Below, one piece after another: positions 9,799-20,886 of a stretch of 64,000 bases of DNA; position 1 is the stretch's first letter; every line of letters begins with the position of its first letter. This DNA is from Thermoanaerobaculia bacterium. GTDB lineage: Bacteria > Acidobacteriota > Thermoanaerobaculia > UBA5066. The stretch spans positions 96,001 through 160,000 of the forward strand of contig CAVRAY010000001.1 of the NCBI GenBank assembly GCA_963719225.1, in the 5' to 3' direction. The notes under the pieces were generated by a model. It had not been told where the DNA came from and did not search any database. It was given only the letters and a program-made list of their open reading frames with translations. Made by a program: the position numbers and the translations under genes.

Positions 9799-11711
9799 AT
9801 GATCGAGGGATCAGCGCTTTAGATCCCGCCAGCCATTCACCGCTCGAGCCTCCCGCGAGGCCCGGACGCGGCGCACGCGCTGCGATTCCCCTTCTCCTCC
9901 TCCTTCTCGCCGTCCTCGGCGTTCAGGGGACGTTGGTCACGCAGGGTACGGGACAGCTTCTCGTCGGGGAGGCGCGCGGGGTGTCGTTCGATTCCCTGGC
10001 GAAGAACCTCATCCACCTCGACGCATCGGTCGATCCCCGCGCCATCGCCTGGGAGGGCTACACCGTCCGGGGGAAGACCTACATCTATTTCGGGGCCTTT
10101 CCGGCGCTGCTCAGAATCCTGCCCCTCCGGCTCTTCCCGTCGACCTACGGCCGCTGGTCGCGAATCTCGGTCCTCCTGGGGATCTTCCTCTCGACTCTGG
10201 GGCTCGTGCGCATCGCCCGCCGCTCCCTGGCAGCGAACGCCGGCCTCTCCGACCTTGCCCGATCGCTTCTCCTTCTCGGGGCGGTGGCGGGCTGGGGCCT
10301 GGGCACTCCCGCGACATTCGTCGCATCGTCCGCGATCATCTACCACGAGGCCATGGCCTGGGGGCTGTGCGGGGGGATCTGGGGCGCCTCGTTCGCGCTC
10401 GACCTCGCGCGGAACACCGACCATCCCCTTCGTTCGCTCGCGGGCCTGTCGGCCTCTTTCGGCGTCGCGCTTCTGTCGCGCGTGACGTTCGCGCTTCCCC
10501 TCGGCATGGCAGGCCTGATCCTCGGGGGCACGCTCCTCCTCCGGGCTCTTCATCGTCCGCGGTCCGTTCGGCTTCGCGCCGCTGCTGCGGTCGTCGCGGC
10601 ATCCCTCCCCGCTCTTGCAGCCCTTGCTTTCCAGCTCTGGTACAACGTGAAGCGCTTCGGATCGGTCTGGAACGCGATCGACACCGCGGCCACCTTTTTC
10701 CATCCCGAGCGCTTCGGAGGATTCGTGAACCTCCGGCGCGTACCGACGGTTCTCCGGGCTTACCTCGGAGATTCGGGGATCGTCTCCGTGATCCCTCCCG
10801 TCTTCGAGCCGGAAACGGTCCGATACCCGGATCCGACAATCTTCTACGGTTGGAGGGACCAGACCTTCACCCTCCTTCTCGGCTCGCCGTGGCTGGTCAT
10901 GGCGGCGGCGGCGGGCGCGGTTCTGCTGGCCCGAGGCAAGGGTCGAACCGAAGGGGTTTTGGCCGGAGCCTTCGCCGCGCAGGCGCTCTTCATCTGTTCC
11001 TTCGGCTTCGTGACACAGCGCTACGCGTCGGAGCTCCTGCCGCTCTTCGCCGTCCTCCTCGCCGCTCTTCTCTCCCGGGTTCGCTGGCCGAGCGGGTCCT
11101 CGGGACGCTCTTTCGCGGCAGGAGGCGGGTTGCTCCTGGCGTTCTCCACGGCCGCCACGCTGGGAAGCACGCTTTCGTGGAATCTCCTCTACAACGGCGA
11201 CGCCCCCCCGGAGTATCGCGCGCGACTTGCCCGGCTCCTCTCGGCACCGCCGTACCTGTCGTCCGTCGCGGGCAGGGAAGTGGCGCTGGCGGATGTCCGC
11301 GGAGCACCGCTTCCGCCGTCGTTCGGTCCGCCACGTCCCGACCGGACGTGGCGCGGGGCGCCGATCTCGATACGGGGCTGGCCGTTCGCGCGGGGAATCA
11401 CGTTTCACGCCAACTCGGCGGCCGCCTTCGAGGTCCCCGACGGGGCCGCGGAGTTCCGCGCCGTGGCCGGCCTTCCCGACGACATCAACCGATATTGGGC
11501 GACGGCCGTCGTTCTCGAGGTCCGTGACGGGCACGATCGCCTCTTGTGGCGGAGCGGCGTTCTCCGGAATGCCGCGCGACCGATTCCTGTGCACGTCCCG
11601 CTCTCGGGTGAGCGGCTCCTGATCCTCGCCGTCTCGCGCGAGCGGGGCGAGGTCCAGCGCGACGATGTCGCGACCTGGGCGGGCGCCGCGTTCGTCGTGC
11701 CGCCGAATTGA
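9799..11711 (+). CDS. Multi-TM membrane protein (putative glycosyltransferase) with C-terminal NPCBM/NEW2-like domain
   Basis: YIYFGAFPALL, many TM helices, C-term RGITFHANS...FRAVAGLPDD; start uncertain (ATG 9799 is out of frame with the body). Confidence 0.6.
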
Positions 11712-11744
11712 CGCGAAAGGGCTGGACGACGGGCGATTTCTCCC

Positions 11745-11776
11745 AAAAACGGGTCAGCCCGTGAGAGCCAACCCGT
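11745..11776 (-). terminator. Intrinsic terminator downstream of tRNA remnant
   Basis: ACGGGT/ACCCGT stem followed by TTTTT on minus strand. Confidence 0.55.
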
Positions 11777-11785
11777 CGATTCTTA

Positions 11786-11831
11786 TGGTTGCGGGGGGTG
11801 GATTTGAACCACCGACCTTTGGGTTATGAGC
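11786..11831 (-). repeat. 3' half of tRNA-Met (att direct repeat, distal island boundary)
   Basis: GCTCATAACCCAAAGGTCGGTGGTTCAAATCCACCCCCCGCAACCA matches the tRNA at 20165-20241 from the anticodon arm to CCA, except in the T-stem; 5' half absent. Confidence 0.9.
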
Positions 11832-11869
11832 ATCTATATCAAGTTGAATCCAATGCGATCGAAGCCAGG

Positions 11870-12571
11870 TCAGAGTAGCCCGAACACTCCCCGCAGCGTC
11901 TCGTAGATCCCGACCATGATGAAGACGATGCCCGTGGCCGGGCGCGCCCAGCGCTCGAAGCGCGCCGCGGCACGAAAGGCGTCGCCGATGCGCGCGGCGC
12001 CGAACGCGACGGCCACGGCGAGCAGCGCGACCGGCACTCCGGTCGCCACGCCGTAGACGCCCGGGAGCACAAGCACCGACCGGTGTTTCGCTGCGAGCGG
12101 CACGAGCATCCCGAAGAAGATCGCAGCCGACACCGGACAGAACGAGAGCGCGAAGACCCCGCCCAAGACGAGCGCGCCCCAGGCGCCGCCCCGCTTCACC
12201 CGCTCCTCGGAGAGCGTCGGCCCGCGCCCGGGGAGCTTCAGGTCGATGAGGCCGGTGAGGACCATCCCCACCACGATGAGGAGCGGGCCGAGGAGCTTGA
12301 AGAACGTCCCCTGGAGGAACGCGGAGATGCCGAGGAGCTGCTCCACGGCGAAGACGGCGACCGCCGCGAGCGCCACGTACGCCGCGCTTCGCCCGAACGC
12401 GTAGAGGAGGCCCGCCGTGAGCGTCCTCCGCGGCGAGCTCCCCTCGCGGCTCACAAAGGCCACCGCCACGATGTTCGTGGCGAGCGGGCAAGGGCTCACG
12501 GCGGTCAGGAGTCCCAGCCACGCGGCGGTGCCGACCGCGAGGAGCATCCCCGCCGCGGGATCAGGAGGCAT
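11870..12571 (-). CDS. ArsG-like / DsbD-like membrane protein
   Basis: SPCPLATN and SFCPVSA motifs; follows ArsE/F-like genes. Confidence 0.8.
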   Translation of the reverse strand: MPPDPAAGMLLAVGTAAWLGLLTAVSPCPLATNIVAVAFVSREGSSPRRTLTAGLLYAFGRSAAYVALAAVAVFAVEQLLGISAFLQGTFFKLLGPLLIVVGMVLTGLIDLKLPGRGPTLSEERVKRGGAWGALVLGGVFALSFCPVSAAIFFGMLVPLAAKHRSVLVLPGVYGVATGVPVALLAVAVAFGAARIGDAFRAAARFERWARPATGIVFIMVGIYETLRGVFGLL

Positions 12572-13043
12572 CGAGGAGGTCGCACACGGTCCCGCGGACG
12601 TACGTCATGTAGGGATCGTGGCTGCCGACGAGGTCCCAGATCTTCTCGAGGTTCACCCACCGGCCGGGCTTTCCGTCCCGCTCGTCGGCCACGACGAGCG
12701 ACTTCGTGACGAGCTTGTAGTCCTCGACGAAGTGCTTGTTCTCGGCACGGTCCACGTTGACGAGTCGGAAGACCACCGTTCCGGCAGCGATCTCCTTCGC
12801 GAAGCCCTGCTCGATGGCCTCGCGCGAGAGGGCCTCGAGCTTCTTGCAGGTGGGGCAGCGCACGTCGCCATGGAAGTACGTCACGACGACGCGGTGCGCC
12901 GGAACCGCCTTCTGCGCGGAGGGGGGCGCCTGGGGCGTGTTGGCAGAGCCCGAAGCGCCAGCACGCGACTGAATGCCGAGCGCGACGAGTGACGCGAGGG
13001 CGAACCCGCCGAGCGCGAGGGTGAGAACCGGCTTCGCGCGCAT
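12561..13043 (-). CDS. ArsF-like exported thioredoxin-fold protein
   Basis: Signal anchor; YFHGDVRCPTC. Confidence 0.8.
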   Translation of the reverse strand: MRAKPVLTLALGGFALASLVALGIQSRAGASGSANTPQAPPSAQKAVPAHRVVVTYFHGDVRCPTCKKLEALSREAIEQGFAKEIAAGTVVFRLVNVDRAENKHFVEDYKLVTKSLVVADERDGKPGRWVNLEKIWDLVGSHDPYMTYVRGTVCDLLDAS

Positions 13044-13051
13044 CGCTTCGC

Positions 13052-13300
13052 CTATCTCGCGACGAGTAGCTGGCGGAGCTCTTCGGCCTTCGGGATCCGG
13101 CCGGAGACGACGATCTTCCCGTCGATGACCACGCCGGGCGTCGCCATCAGGCCGATCGCCATCATCCGTTCGATCGACTCGTCCTTGACGACCTCGGCGT
13201 CGATCTTCTCCTCCTCGACGACGTGCTGCACCACGCGGAACGTCTCCTTGCAGCGCGCGCAGCCGGGGCCGAGGACCTCGATTCGTTTGCGATCCATCAT
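13052..13300 (-). CDS. Small redox-active disulfide protein (MTH895/ArsE family)
   Basis: IEVLGPGCARC...MATPGVVIDG. Confidence 0.9.
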   Translation of the reverse strand: MMDRKRIEVLGPGCARCKETFRVVQHVVEEEKIDAEVVKDESIERMMAIGLMATPGVVIDGKIVVSGRIPKAEELRQLLVAR

Positions 13301-13344
13301 GTTCTTTCTCCTGAGAAAGGGTGCGTACGTCCGTTTCGGGCCGC

Positions 13345-14403
13345 TCACAGCACCGCGTTGAACAGGTAGCCCACCACGAGGATCCCGGCCGCGACCACGC
13401 CGACGAACGTCGCGATCAGGACGGGGCGGAGGACCTTCCGAAGGATGATCATCTCGGGCAGCGACAGGGCGATGACCGACATCATGAAAGCGAGGACGGT
13501 CCCGAGCGCGGCGCCCTTTCCGAGAAGCGCCTGGACGATCGGGATGATCCCCGCGGCGTTGGAGTACATCGGGACGCCGAGAAGCACGGCGAGCGGCACG
13601 CCCCACCAGACTCCCTTCCCCATGAACGAGGCCATGAAGTTCGTGGGAACGTATCCGTGGATCCCGGCGCCGACCGCGATACCCACGACCACGTAGGGCC
13701 ACACCTTCCCCACGATGTCTCCCACCGCGATGCGTCCCTCGGCGAGGCGATCCTGCCACCGCTTCGGCCCGTCACTCGCTCCGGGTCCCGCCGGGATCTG
13801 CCAGACCCAGGGCTCCACGTGGCGCTCGAGCTTCAGGCGTCCGATCGTCCAGCCGGCGACGATGGCGATCGCGAGCCCGGTGCCCAGGTAGAGCGCCGCC
13901 ACCTTCCAGCCGAAGAGCCCGAAGAGGAGGACGAGCGCGACCTCGTTGACCATCGGCGCCGAGATCAGGAAGGAGAAGGTGACGCCGAGCGGCACCCCCG
14001 CGGTGACGAAGCCGATGAAGAGCGGCACCGCCGAGCAGGAGCAGAAGGGCGTCGCGATGCCGAGGAGCGCGGCGAGGACGTTCCCCGTGGCTTCGCGTCG
14101 CCCCGCGAGGAGCTCGCGGGCGCGCCCGGGTGTGACCCAGCTCCGGAGAACCCCGACCGCGAAGACGACGCCGGTGAGAAGAAGGAGGACCTTCGGGGCC
14201 TCGAAGACGAAGAACTCTACTGCCGCGGCCAGGTGGCTTCCCGGGGCGAGGCGGAGGAGCCGGTAGGTGAAGACGGAGGAGATGCGAGAGAGCTGGGTGT
14301 AGAGGAGGACGGCGGAGCCGAGGGAAACGGCCGCGAAGAGCCAGCCTCTCCATGCCCAGACGCGAGCGGGGGAGGGTGCTTCGGCCGCGATGCTTGTGCT
14401 CAC
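13345..14403 (-). CDS. ArsP-family permease
   Basis: TPFCSCSAVP, SAPMVNE, GVPMYSN, SLPE motifs. Confidence 0.92.
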   Translation of the reverse strand: MSTSIAAEAPSPARVWAWRGWLFAAVSLGSAVLLYTQLSRISSVFTYRLLRLAPGSHLAAAVEFFVFEAPKVLLLLTGVVFAVGVLRSWVTPGRARELLAGRREATGNVLAALLGIATPFCSCSAVPLFIGFVTAGVPLGVTFSFLISAPMVNEVALVLLFGLFGWKVAALYLGTGLAIAIVAGWTIGRLKLERHVEPWVWQIPAGPGASDGPKRWQDRLAEGRIAVGDIVGKVWPYVVVGIAVGAGIHGYVPTNFMASFMGKGVWWGVPLAVLLGVPMYSNAAGIIPIVQALLGKGAALGTVLAFMMSVIALSLPEMIILRKVLRPVLIATFVGVVAAGILVVGYLFNAVL

Positions 14404-14849
14404 CGCGGGCTCCCGGCCGGCTCACGGATCTCGTCCGCTTTTGCTGCCGCCGATGCGAGGCGCGGGCGCGAGAGGCGGCCGAGGTCGAGGCCCACTCCGC
14501 AGAGCTCTTCCACCGGCACCCGGCGCAGCTCCTTCACGAGGACGGCATCGGCGTGCGCATCGCGGTCTCCCTCGAGCGCCGGCCAGATCGGCTCGAAGAC
14601 GCCCTGCTCCACAGCGGCTACGGAGAGCCGGTACTCGACCCAACGTCCTTCCTTCCGTTCGGCGACGAGGCCCGCCTTCCGCAGCTCGGAGAGGTGCTCG
14701 GAGACCGTGGAGGCGGCGAGCTTGACGACGACTGTCATCTGGCAGACGCAGAGCGGGCCGCCGCGGAGCATCGCCAGGAGCCGAAGGCGAACCGGGTGGC
14801 CGATCGCCTTGTGGATCTGGACGAGGCGGGCGAGGGGCTGTGTCGTCAT
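14400..14849 (-). CDS. arsR: ArsR/SmtB family repressor
   Basis: KAIGHPVRL, LCVCQ, STVSEHL HTH. Confidence 0.88.
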   Translation of the reverse strand: MTTQPLARLVQIHKAIGHPVRLRLLAMLRGGPLCVCQMTVVVKLAASTVSEHLSELRKAGLVAERKEGRWVEYRLSVAAVEQGVFEPIWPALEGDRDAHADAVLVKELRRVPVEELCGVGLDLGRLSRPRLASAAAKADEIREPAGSPR

Positions 14850-14896
14850 TTCGTTATCTTCCGAAATAGCATATCACTCTCCCGACCCTCCCGCAA
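14848..14896 (-). promoter_or_regulatory. sigma70 promoter and ArsR operator
   Basis: TTGCGG-17-TATGCT; ATTTCG-N8-CGAAAT palindrome (14848-14867) overlapping the start codon. Confidence 0.7.
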
Positions 14897-14985
14897 CCGA
14901 CGACAGCTCGTGCCGCGCCCGCGCTGCTAACGCTAAACTCGCCGGTGCTGGGTCAAGACGGATCGAGCTCCGTGCCTCAAGGCCC

Positions 14986-15011
14986 GAACCTGCGACCTCT
15001 GGGTTATTAGC
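14986..15011 (-). repeat. Degenerate tRNA-Met 3' remnant (internal att scar)
   Basis: Plus strand GAACCTGCGACCTCTGGGTTATTAGC vs tRNA GAACTTGCGACCTTTGGGTTATGAGC (23/26). Confidence 0.75.
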
Positions 15012-15038
15012 TGACTCAGGATGAGGGTGCCATGCCCC

Positions 15039-16352
<1,314 letters not shown>

Positions 16353-17416
16353 TCAGTTCTTCGTGGCGCCCGGCCGCATCGCGAGAAGCGTCGTGGCACC
16401 GAGCGCCTGCAGGGCGCCGGCGGCGAAGAAGCCGACGGCGATGTGAGCGGGGAAGAGCGACCAGAGGCCGCCGACGAGTGCGCTGGAGACGAAATCGCCG
16501 ACACCGTTCGTCGCCGCCAGGACGCCCATCCCGGTCCCCTTCACGGGTGGCGCGGCGACGAGCGATGGGATGGAGACGAAGGCACCGGCCCGGATGAAAT
16601 AGAAGGGCGTCAGCAGCCCGAAGGTCAGGGTCCGCAGCCGCCGGATCAGGACGTGGTCCTTGCCGACTGTTCCCGCCAGCACCATGCCGATGACATAGGC
16701 CGGGAGCACGGCCTCGCTCCCTGCCCACGACGCGAGCGCGCCGAGCCCGAACAGGCAGAAGAGGAGGAACTTCGCCTCGAGCTCCGAGGCCGGCCGCCGT
16801 AGCTTGCGGAAGAAGCGCGGCGTGAGCCAGGGCAACACAAAGACGAGGCGAACGAGATCCCCGCAAAAACGAGGGTGCGGACGGTAAACGGCGCGAAAAT
16901 CAGCCCCAGCGCGAGCACGGTGCCAAGGTCGTTGATGAAGCAGGCCGCGAGCAGGGTCTTGCCGTAATTGGTGCGGTTGAGCCCGAACTCCAGCATCACC
17001 GCATAGACGACGGCGACCGAGGTCGTCGAGAGCGCGACGCCGGCCAGCCAACTCGGCGCTACGGCCCAGCCCAGCAGCCAGTGCGCGGCCGCGCAGCACC
17101 CAGAAACGGAGCGGTGAGAAGACCGGCAGAGGCCGAGGCGGCGGCCTCTTTCCACTTCGCGCGGAACACCTCCGGGATCGAGTTCGGCGCCGGCGAGAAA
17201 GGTGAGGACGATCGCGCCCGCGCCGGCAAGGAACATGACCCAGGCTGCCTGCGTCCCGAGCGACCGCGCCGCCGATCGCCGCGCCGATGGCAAGCTGGGC
17301 GACCGTCCCTACGACGATCTCCGACAGCGCCGCGGCGATGCGTAGCCAGATCGAAATCAGAGTGGCCAGAGCGCCAGGCCCAGCCAGAGCGCCGCGAGGG
17401 ACCAGACTTCGGTCAC
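16353..17416 (-). pseudogene. CPA2 cation:proton antiporter (frameshifted) fused to an MFS C-terminal fragment
   Basis: GTG 17416 MTEVWSLAALWLGL; LSTTSVAVVY, ACFINDLGTV, LTPFYF spread over several frames; last ~65 aa (GTGMGVLAATNGVGDFVSSALVGGLW) are MFS-like. Confidence 0.7.
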
Positions 17417-18140
17417 GGCTTCGGCGGCGCGGGTTCCGGCACCGTGTGCGCGACGTACTTCACGACGGTCACGTCCGAGATCGCGATGAGACATCCCTCG
17501 GTGACGACCGAGTCGAGCGCGGCGAGGAGGGCTTGATCTTCTCCTCCTCGTCGATGACGGTGATCATGATCGGGTCGTCGCTCGAGAGCGTGAGCGCGTG
17601 ATCCTTGTGGAGCCTCTTGTGCGCGCCGTAGCCGAGGATTCCCTTGTAGACGGTGGCGCCCGCGATGTCGAGCTGCCGCGCCCGTTTGACGATCGTCTGG
17701 TAGAGCGGCTCGCCCTCCCACTTGTCGTTCTCTCCGATGTGGATCCTCCGCATCTTCGCTTTCCCGACGAGCCGCACGAGGTCCTCCTTCTCGCTCGGCG
17801 CCGCGGCCTCCTGCCCGGTGCCGAGCTTCACAATGTGGGTGTCCTGGTCTCCACGAGCCCCTTCTCGACGATGTCGTAGACGTCCGCGAGCACACGGTCG
17901 ATCGCCTCGGGGGGTCGACGACGTCGATCCGGACGGGGGCGGCATCGCGCCGTCCATCTGGTCGACCCTCTGGATCGTGCCGCGTCCGGTGAAGCCCGCG
18001 AGTGCACGCGACACGGTCGCGCCCGCGAGCCTTCGGTGGCGGAAGAGGACGAGGAGCGCGTTGTAGACGCCCTGCCCTTGCCACCGGTCGGCCTCGTTCA
18101 CCGTGATGATCAGCTTCTTCGCGGGACCGGGGTGGAGCAT
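17413..18140 (-). CDS. Tandem DUF190 (PII-like) domain protein, frameshifted
   Basis: Two units: LAGATVSRALAGF and IAGATVYKGILGYG...LSSDDPIMITVID; split across frames. Confidence 0.78.
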
Positions 18141-18162
18141 GGCGCCTCCTTCCGTCCTCATC

Positions 18163-19905
18163 TCATCGCGTCTGCGTTGTGAGCGCCTCGGCGCGCGCGC
18201 GGAGGGCGTTCAGACGCGCGACCTCGGACCCTACGCTCTCGGCTCCGGCCGCCTGCTTCGCGCGGCCGCGCTCGAGCGCGGCCGCCGCCGACCGGAGCGC
18301 GCCCGAGAGCCTCCCGCGGATCTCGGCCTCGAGCTTGCGTCGGCTCTCGCGCACGCGATCGATCAGGTCGTTCTGCACGCGGCTGGCGTTCGAGGAGAGC
18401 AGCCGTTCGAGCACCGCATAGGCATCGGTCTTCGTTGATCTTCGGACGTGGGCGATCGGTAGGAGGCGATCGAAAAGCCACGCCATCGGTGGCGGTGCCG
18501 TGACGGCCATCAGCTCGGTGAAGTAGAGGTGCGACCGCTCCCGGAGTCCCGCTTCGCTTCCGAAGGGCGGCGGCAACGCGGCTTCACCGAGCTCCCCCGA
18601 ACGAATGAACCGGGCGAGGAAGTCGTTCGCGAGAACGAGAAACCGATCGGCGAGCAGGCGATACGAGGTCTCCGCCGCGCGTTGCCCCTCTCCGAGCCAT
18701 GCGTCCAGACGGCGTCGCGCGATGCCGCGGGAAACCTCGCGTAATGCGCTACGGATCCGGCGTCCCACGTCAACGTCGCGGGCGTTCGCGTGAAGCTCCG
18801 CCACGGCCGCAGGAAGGGCCTCGGCGAGGAACCGGTCGCGCTCTTCCTGCACGCGTCGCGCGAACCGGTCGACCTCGGCCTGGAGGAGATAGCCCAGGTC
18901 CGTCATGGCCCTCTCCGCCTCGGCCAGCGACGAGCCCAGCTCCGCGAGGCGCCGCTCCGACTCCTCCACCGGTCGCAGGAGCGCCCCACGTTGCTCGTCG
19001 ACCTCCGCCACGATTCGCGTGGAGAGCCGCGCCGATTCCCGCAATTCGGCCTCGCGCACGAGCTCCGCGCCCGACTCGTGAGCGAGCCGCCCGAGTACCG
19101 CGCGAAGAGCCGGCCAGTCGCGCTCCGGACCTGTCGCACCGAGCACCTCGCTGGCGCTGACGCGAAAGAGGCGCGATATGGGCCTGGCGAGCCTTCTTGC
19201 GAGCACTCCCTCCGTGAAGCGAGCCGCCTCTTCGGTCTCCGCCTCGCTCATCCGATCGGCCTTGTTCAGGACGAAGATCAGCTCCTTCACCTGGCGGGCG
19301 ACGTCGGCGACGAGGGCGAGCTCCTCGCCCGAGATCGGCGGATCCGACCCGAGGACGACGAGAGCCGCGTCGATGTGCGGCACGAACTTCTTCGTGGCTT
19401 CCGTGTTCCCTTCGAAGACCGAGCCGAGGCCGGGCGTGTCGACGAGGCACATCCCCGAGGACAGGAGAGGGCTCGGCTCGAAGACTTCCGCGGCCACGAC
19501 GCCCATGGCGTTCTCGGGGTTGTGCTGCTCGGAGACGTAGGCGACAAGGTCGCTCGCCTCGATCTCCTGCGAGCGGCCGTCCACGAATCGGATCCGGACG
19601 GCCTCTCGCACTCCGTGGCGCACGACCGTGACGACGGACGTGATCGGCGTGACCCCCGCGGGGAGCACCGGCCGCCCGAGGAGCGCGTTGACGAGCGTCG
19701 ACTTGCCTCGCTTGAACTGGCCGACGAAGGCGACGTTGAAGAGCCCCTCGGAGACCCGTTCGGCCGCCTGCCGAGCCTCGCGCGCGACGTCGTCGGCCTC
19801 CAGCTCGTCGGCCAAGCCGGCAAGCGCGGCGAGCGGCGACGCCTCGGACAAATCGGAACCGTCCCGGCCGGGTCGCGCTTCGCTGTGCAGGGGCTCGGTG
19901 TCCAA
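18163..19905 (-). CDS. Bacterial dynamin-like GTPase
   Basis: G1 GQFKRGKS, G3 DTPG, G4 NKAD, long helical C-term; AGGAGG RBS before TTG. Confidence 0.9.
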   Translation of the reverse strand: MDTEPLHSEARPGRDGSDLSEASPLAALAGLADELEADDVAREARQAAERVSEGLFNVAFVGQFKRGKSTLVNALLGRPVLPAGVTPITSVVTVVRHGVREAVRIRFVDGRSQEIEASDLVAYVSEQHNPENAMGVVAAEVFEPSPLLSSGMCLVDTPGLGSVFEGNTEATKKFVPHIDAALVVLGSDPPISGEELALVADVARQVKELIFVLNKADRMSEAETEEAARFTEGVLARRLARPISRLFRVSASEVLGATGPERDWPALRAVLGRLAHESGAELVREAELRESARLSTRIVAEVDEQRGALLRPVEESERRLAELGSSLAEAERAMTDLGYLLQAEVDRFARRVQEERDRFLAEALPAAVAELHANARDVDVGRRIRSALREVSRGIARRRLDAWLGEGQRAAETSYRLLADRFLVLANDFLARFIRSGELGEAALPPPFGSEAGLRERSHLYFTELMAVTAPPPMAWLFDRLLPIAHVRRSTKTDAYAVLERLLSSNASRVQNDLIDRVRESRRKLEAEIRGRLSGALRSAAAALERGRAKQAAGAESVGSEVARLNALRARAEALTTQTR

Positions 19906-19925
19906 CGGAGACCTCCTACCTTACT

Positions 19926-19974
19926 GGTAGGAGTCATCAGCCCCGGAGGGCAGTTCCGGCGGACTCCATCGCCC
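19926..19974 (-). ncRNA. Fluoride (crcB) riboswitch
   Basis: Minus strand GGCGATGGAGTCCGCC-GGAACTGCCCTCCGGG-GCTGATGACTCCTACC matches the consensus; TGCTAACCT extended -10 just upstream. Confidence 0.93.
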
Positions 19975-20111
19975 TACTGGGCTTAGGTTAGCACCGGGCG
20001 TGCGGGTTATTCCGCCGACTCCGTCGGGAGGCGAGCAGGATCAAAGCCCTTCCGAGGGGGACAAGGGAGATCAGACCTTAACGCCGACCTTAATTTCGCA
20101 ATTCTGACGAC

Positions 20112-20155
20112 CCAGAAACAAGAAGGGCGCCGGTCGTAACTGACTGGCGCCCTTT
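20112..20155 (-). terminator. Terminator after tRNA-Met
   Basis: AAGGGCGCCAGTC/GACCGGCGCCCTT stem plus U-rich tail. Confidence 0.75.
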
Positions 20156-20164
20156 GAGTTGTTA

Positions 20165-20241
<77 letters not shown>

Positions 20242-20321
20242 ACAGGAAGGGGGACCATAGCGGGACGGTCCCCTCGAGTCAAGCCGGCACGCTCGCTGTA
20301 ACCTCCGGCGGCGGAGGCACC

Positions 20322-20783
20322 ATGGCTCTCTTCTCGTCCACGTCCCTGACGCCCGGCATGGCCGCGCCCGATTTCACACTCCCCGACCAGCACGGAAAGG
20401 AGGTGTGCCTCGCGGACTTTCGCGGGAAACGCGTCGTCCTCTACTTCTTTCCGAAGGCCGACACCACGGGTTGAACGATCGAGGCGAAGGCCTTCCGGGA
20501 CGAAGGCCCGAAGTTCCCGAAGGACGTGGCGGTCGTGGGCGTGTCGAAGGATTCCGTCGAGGCGCAGGAGAGCTTCGCGAAGAAGAACGCGCTGAAGTTC
20601 CCGCTTCTCGCGGATTCCAAGGGTGAGGTGATCCGCCGCTACGGCGTGGACCTCGCCTTCGGCATCGCGAAGAGGAAGACGTTCCTCATCGACTCGAAAG
20701 GAAAGATCGCGAAGATCTACGAATCGGTCTCGCCGAAGACTCACGCGGCCGAGGTGGCCGAGGCGCTGAAGGACGTCGGCTGA
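20322..20783 (+). CDS. bcp: BCP/PrxQ peroxiredoxin, predicted selenoprotein (UGA at 20472)
   Basis: ORFs 20205..20474 and 20526..20783 share a frame; read-through gives FFPKADTTG-U-TIEAKAFRD. Confidence 0.88.
20489..20508 (+). promoter_or_regulatory. SECIS-like hairpin
   Basis: GGCCTTC-CGGGAC-GAAGGCC perfect 7-bp stem beginning 14 nt after UGA, G at loop position 2. Confidence 0.65.
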
Positions 20784-20812
20784 AGGGGCGCCTTCCCCCG
20801 GTTGAGCGTTTC

Positions 20813-20828
20813 TGGCACGTCCCATGCT
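20813..20828 (+). promoter_or_regulatory. sigma54 -24/-12 promoter
   Basis: TGGCACGTCCCATGCT (GG-N10-GC). Confidence 0.7.
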
Positions 20829-20886
20829 CCTTCGTTCGACGGGTCGGCAGGCCGAGGGCCTGCAAGTGATCTCGAGGAGGAAAAGC

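Noticed and set aside
11754-12521. ORF overlapping the tRNA remnant
   Set aside because: Off-frame of the ArsG-like gene; its tail is translated tRNA sequence
14890-14898. CCCGCAACC as another tRNA end
   Set aside because: Opposite orientation to the other remnants; explained as the -35 box of the arsR promoter
20284-20300. sigma54 promoter before the peroxiredoxin
   Set aside because: CGGCAC present but the -12 reads GT rather than GC
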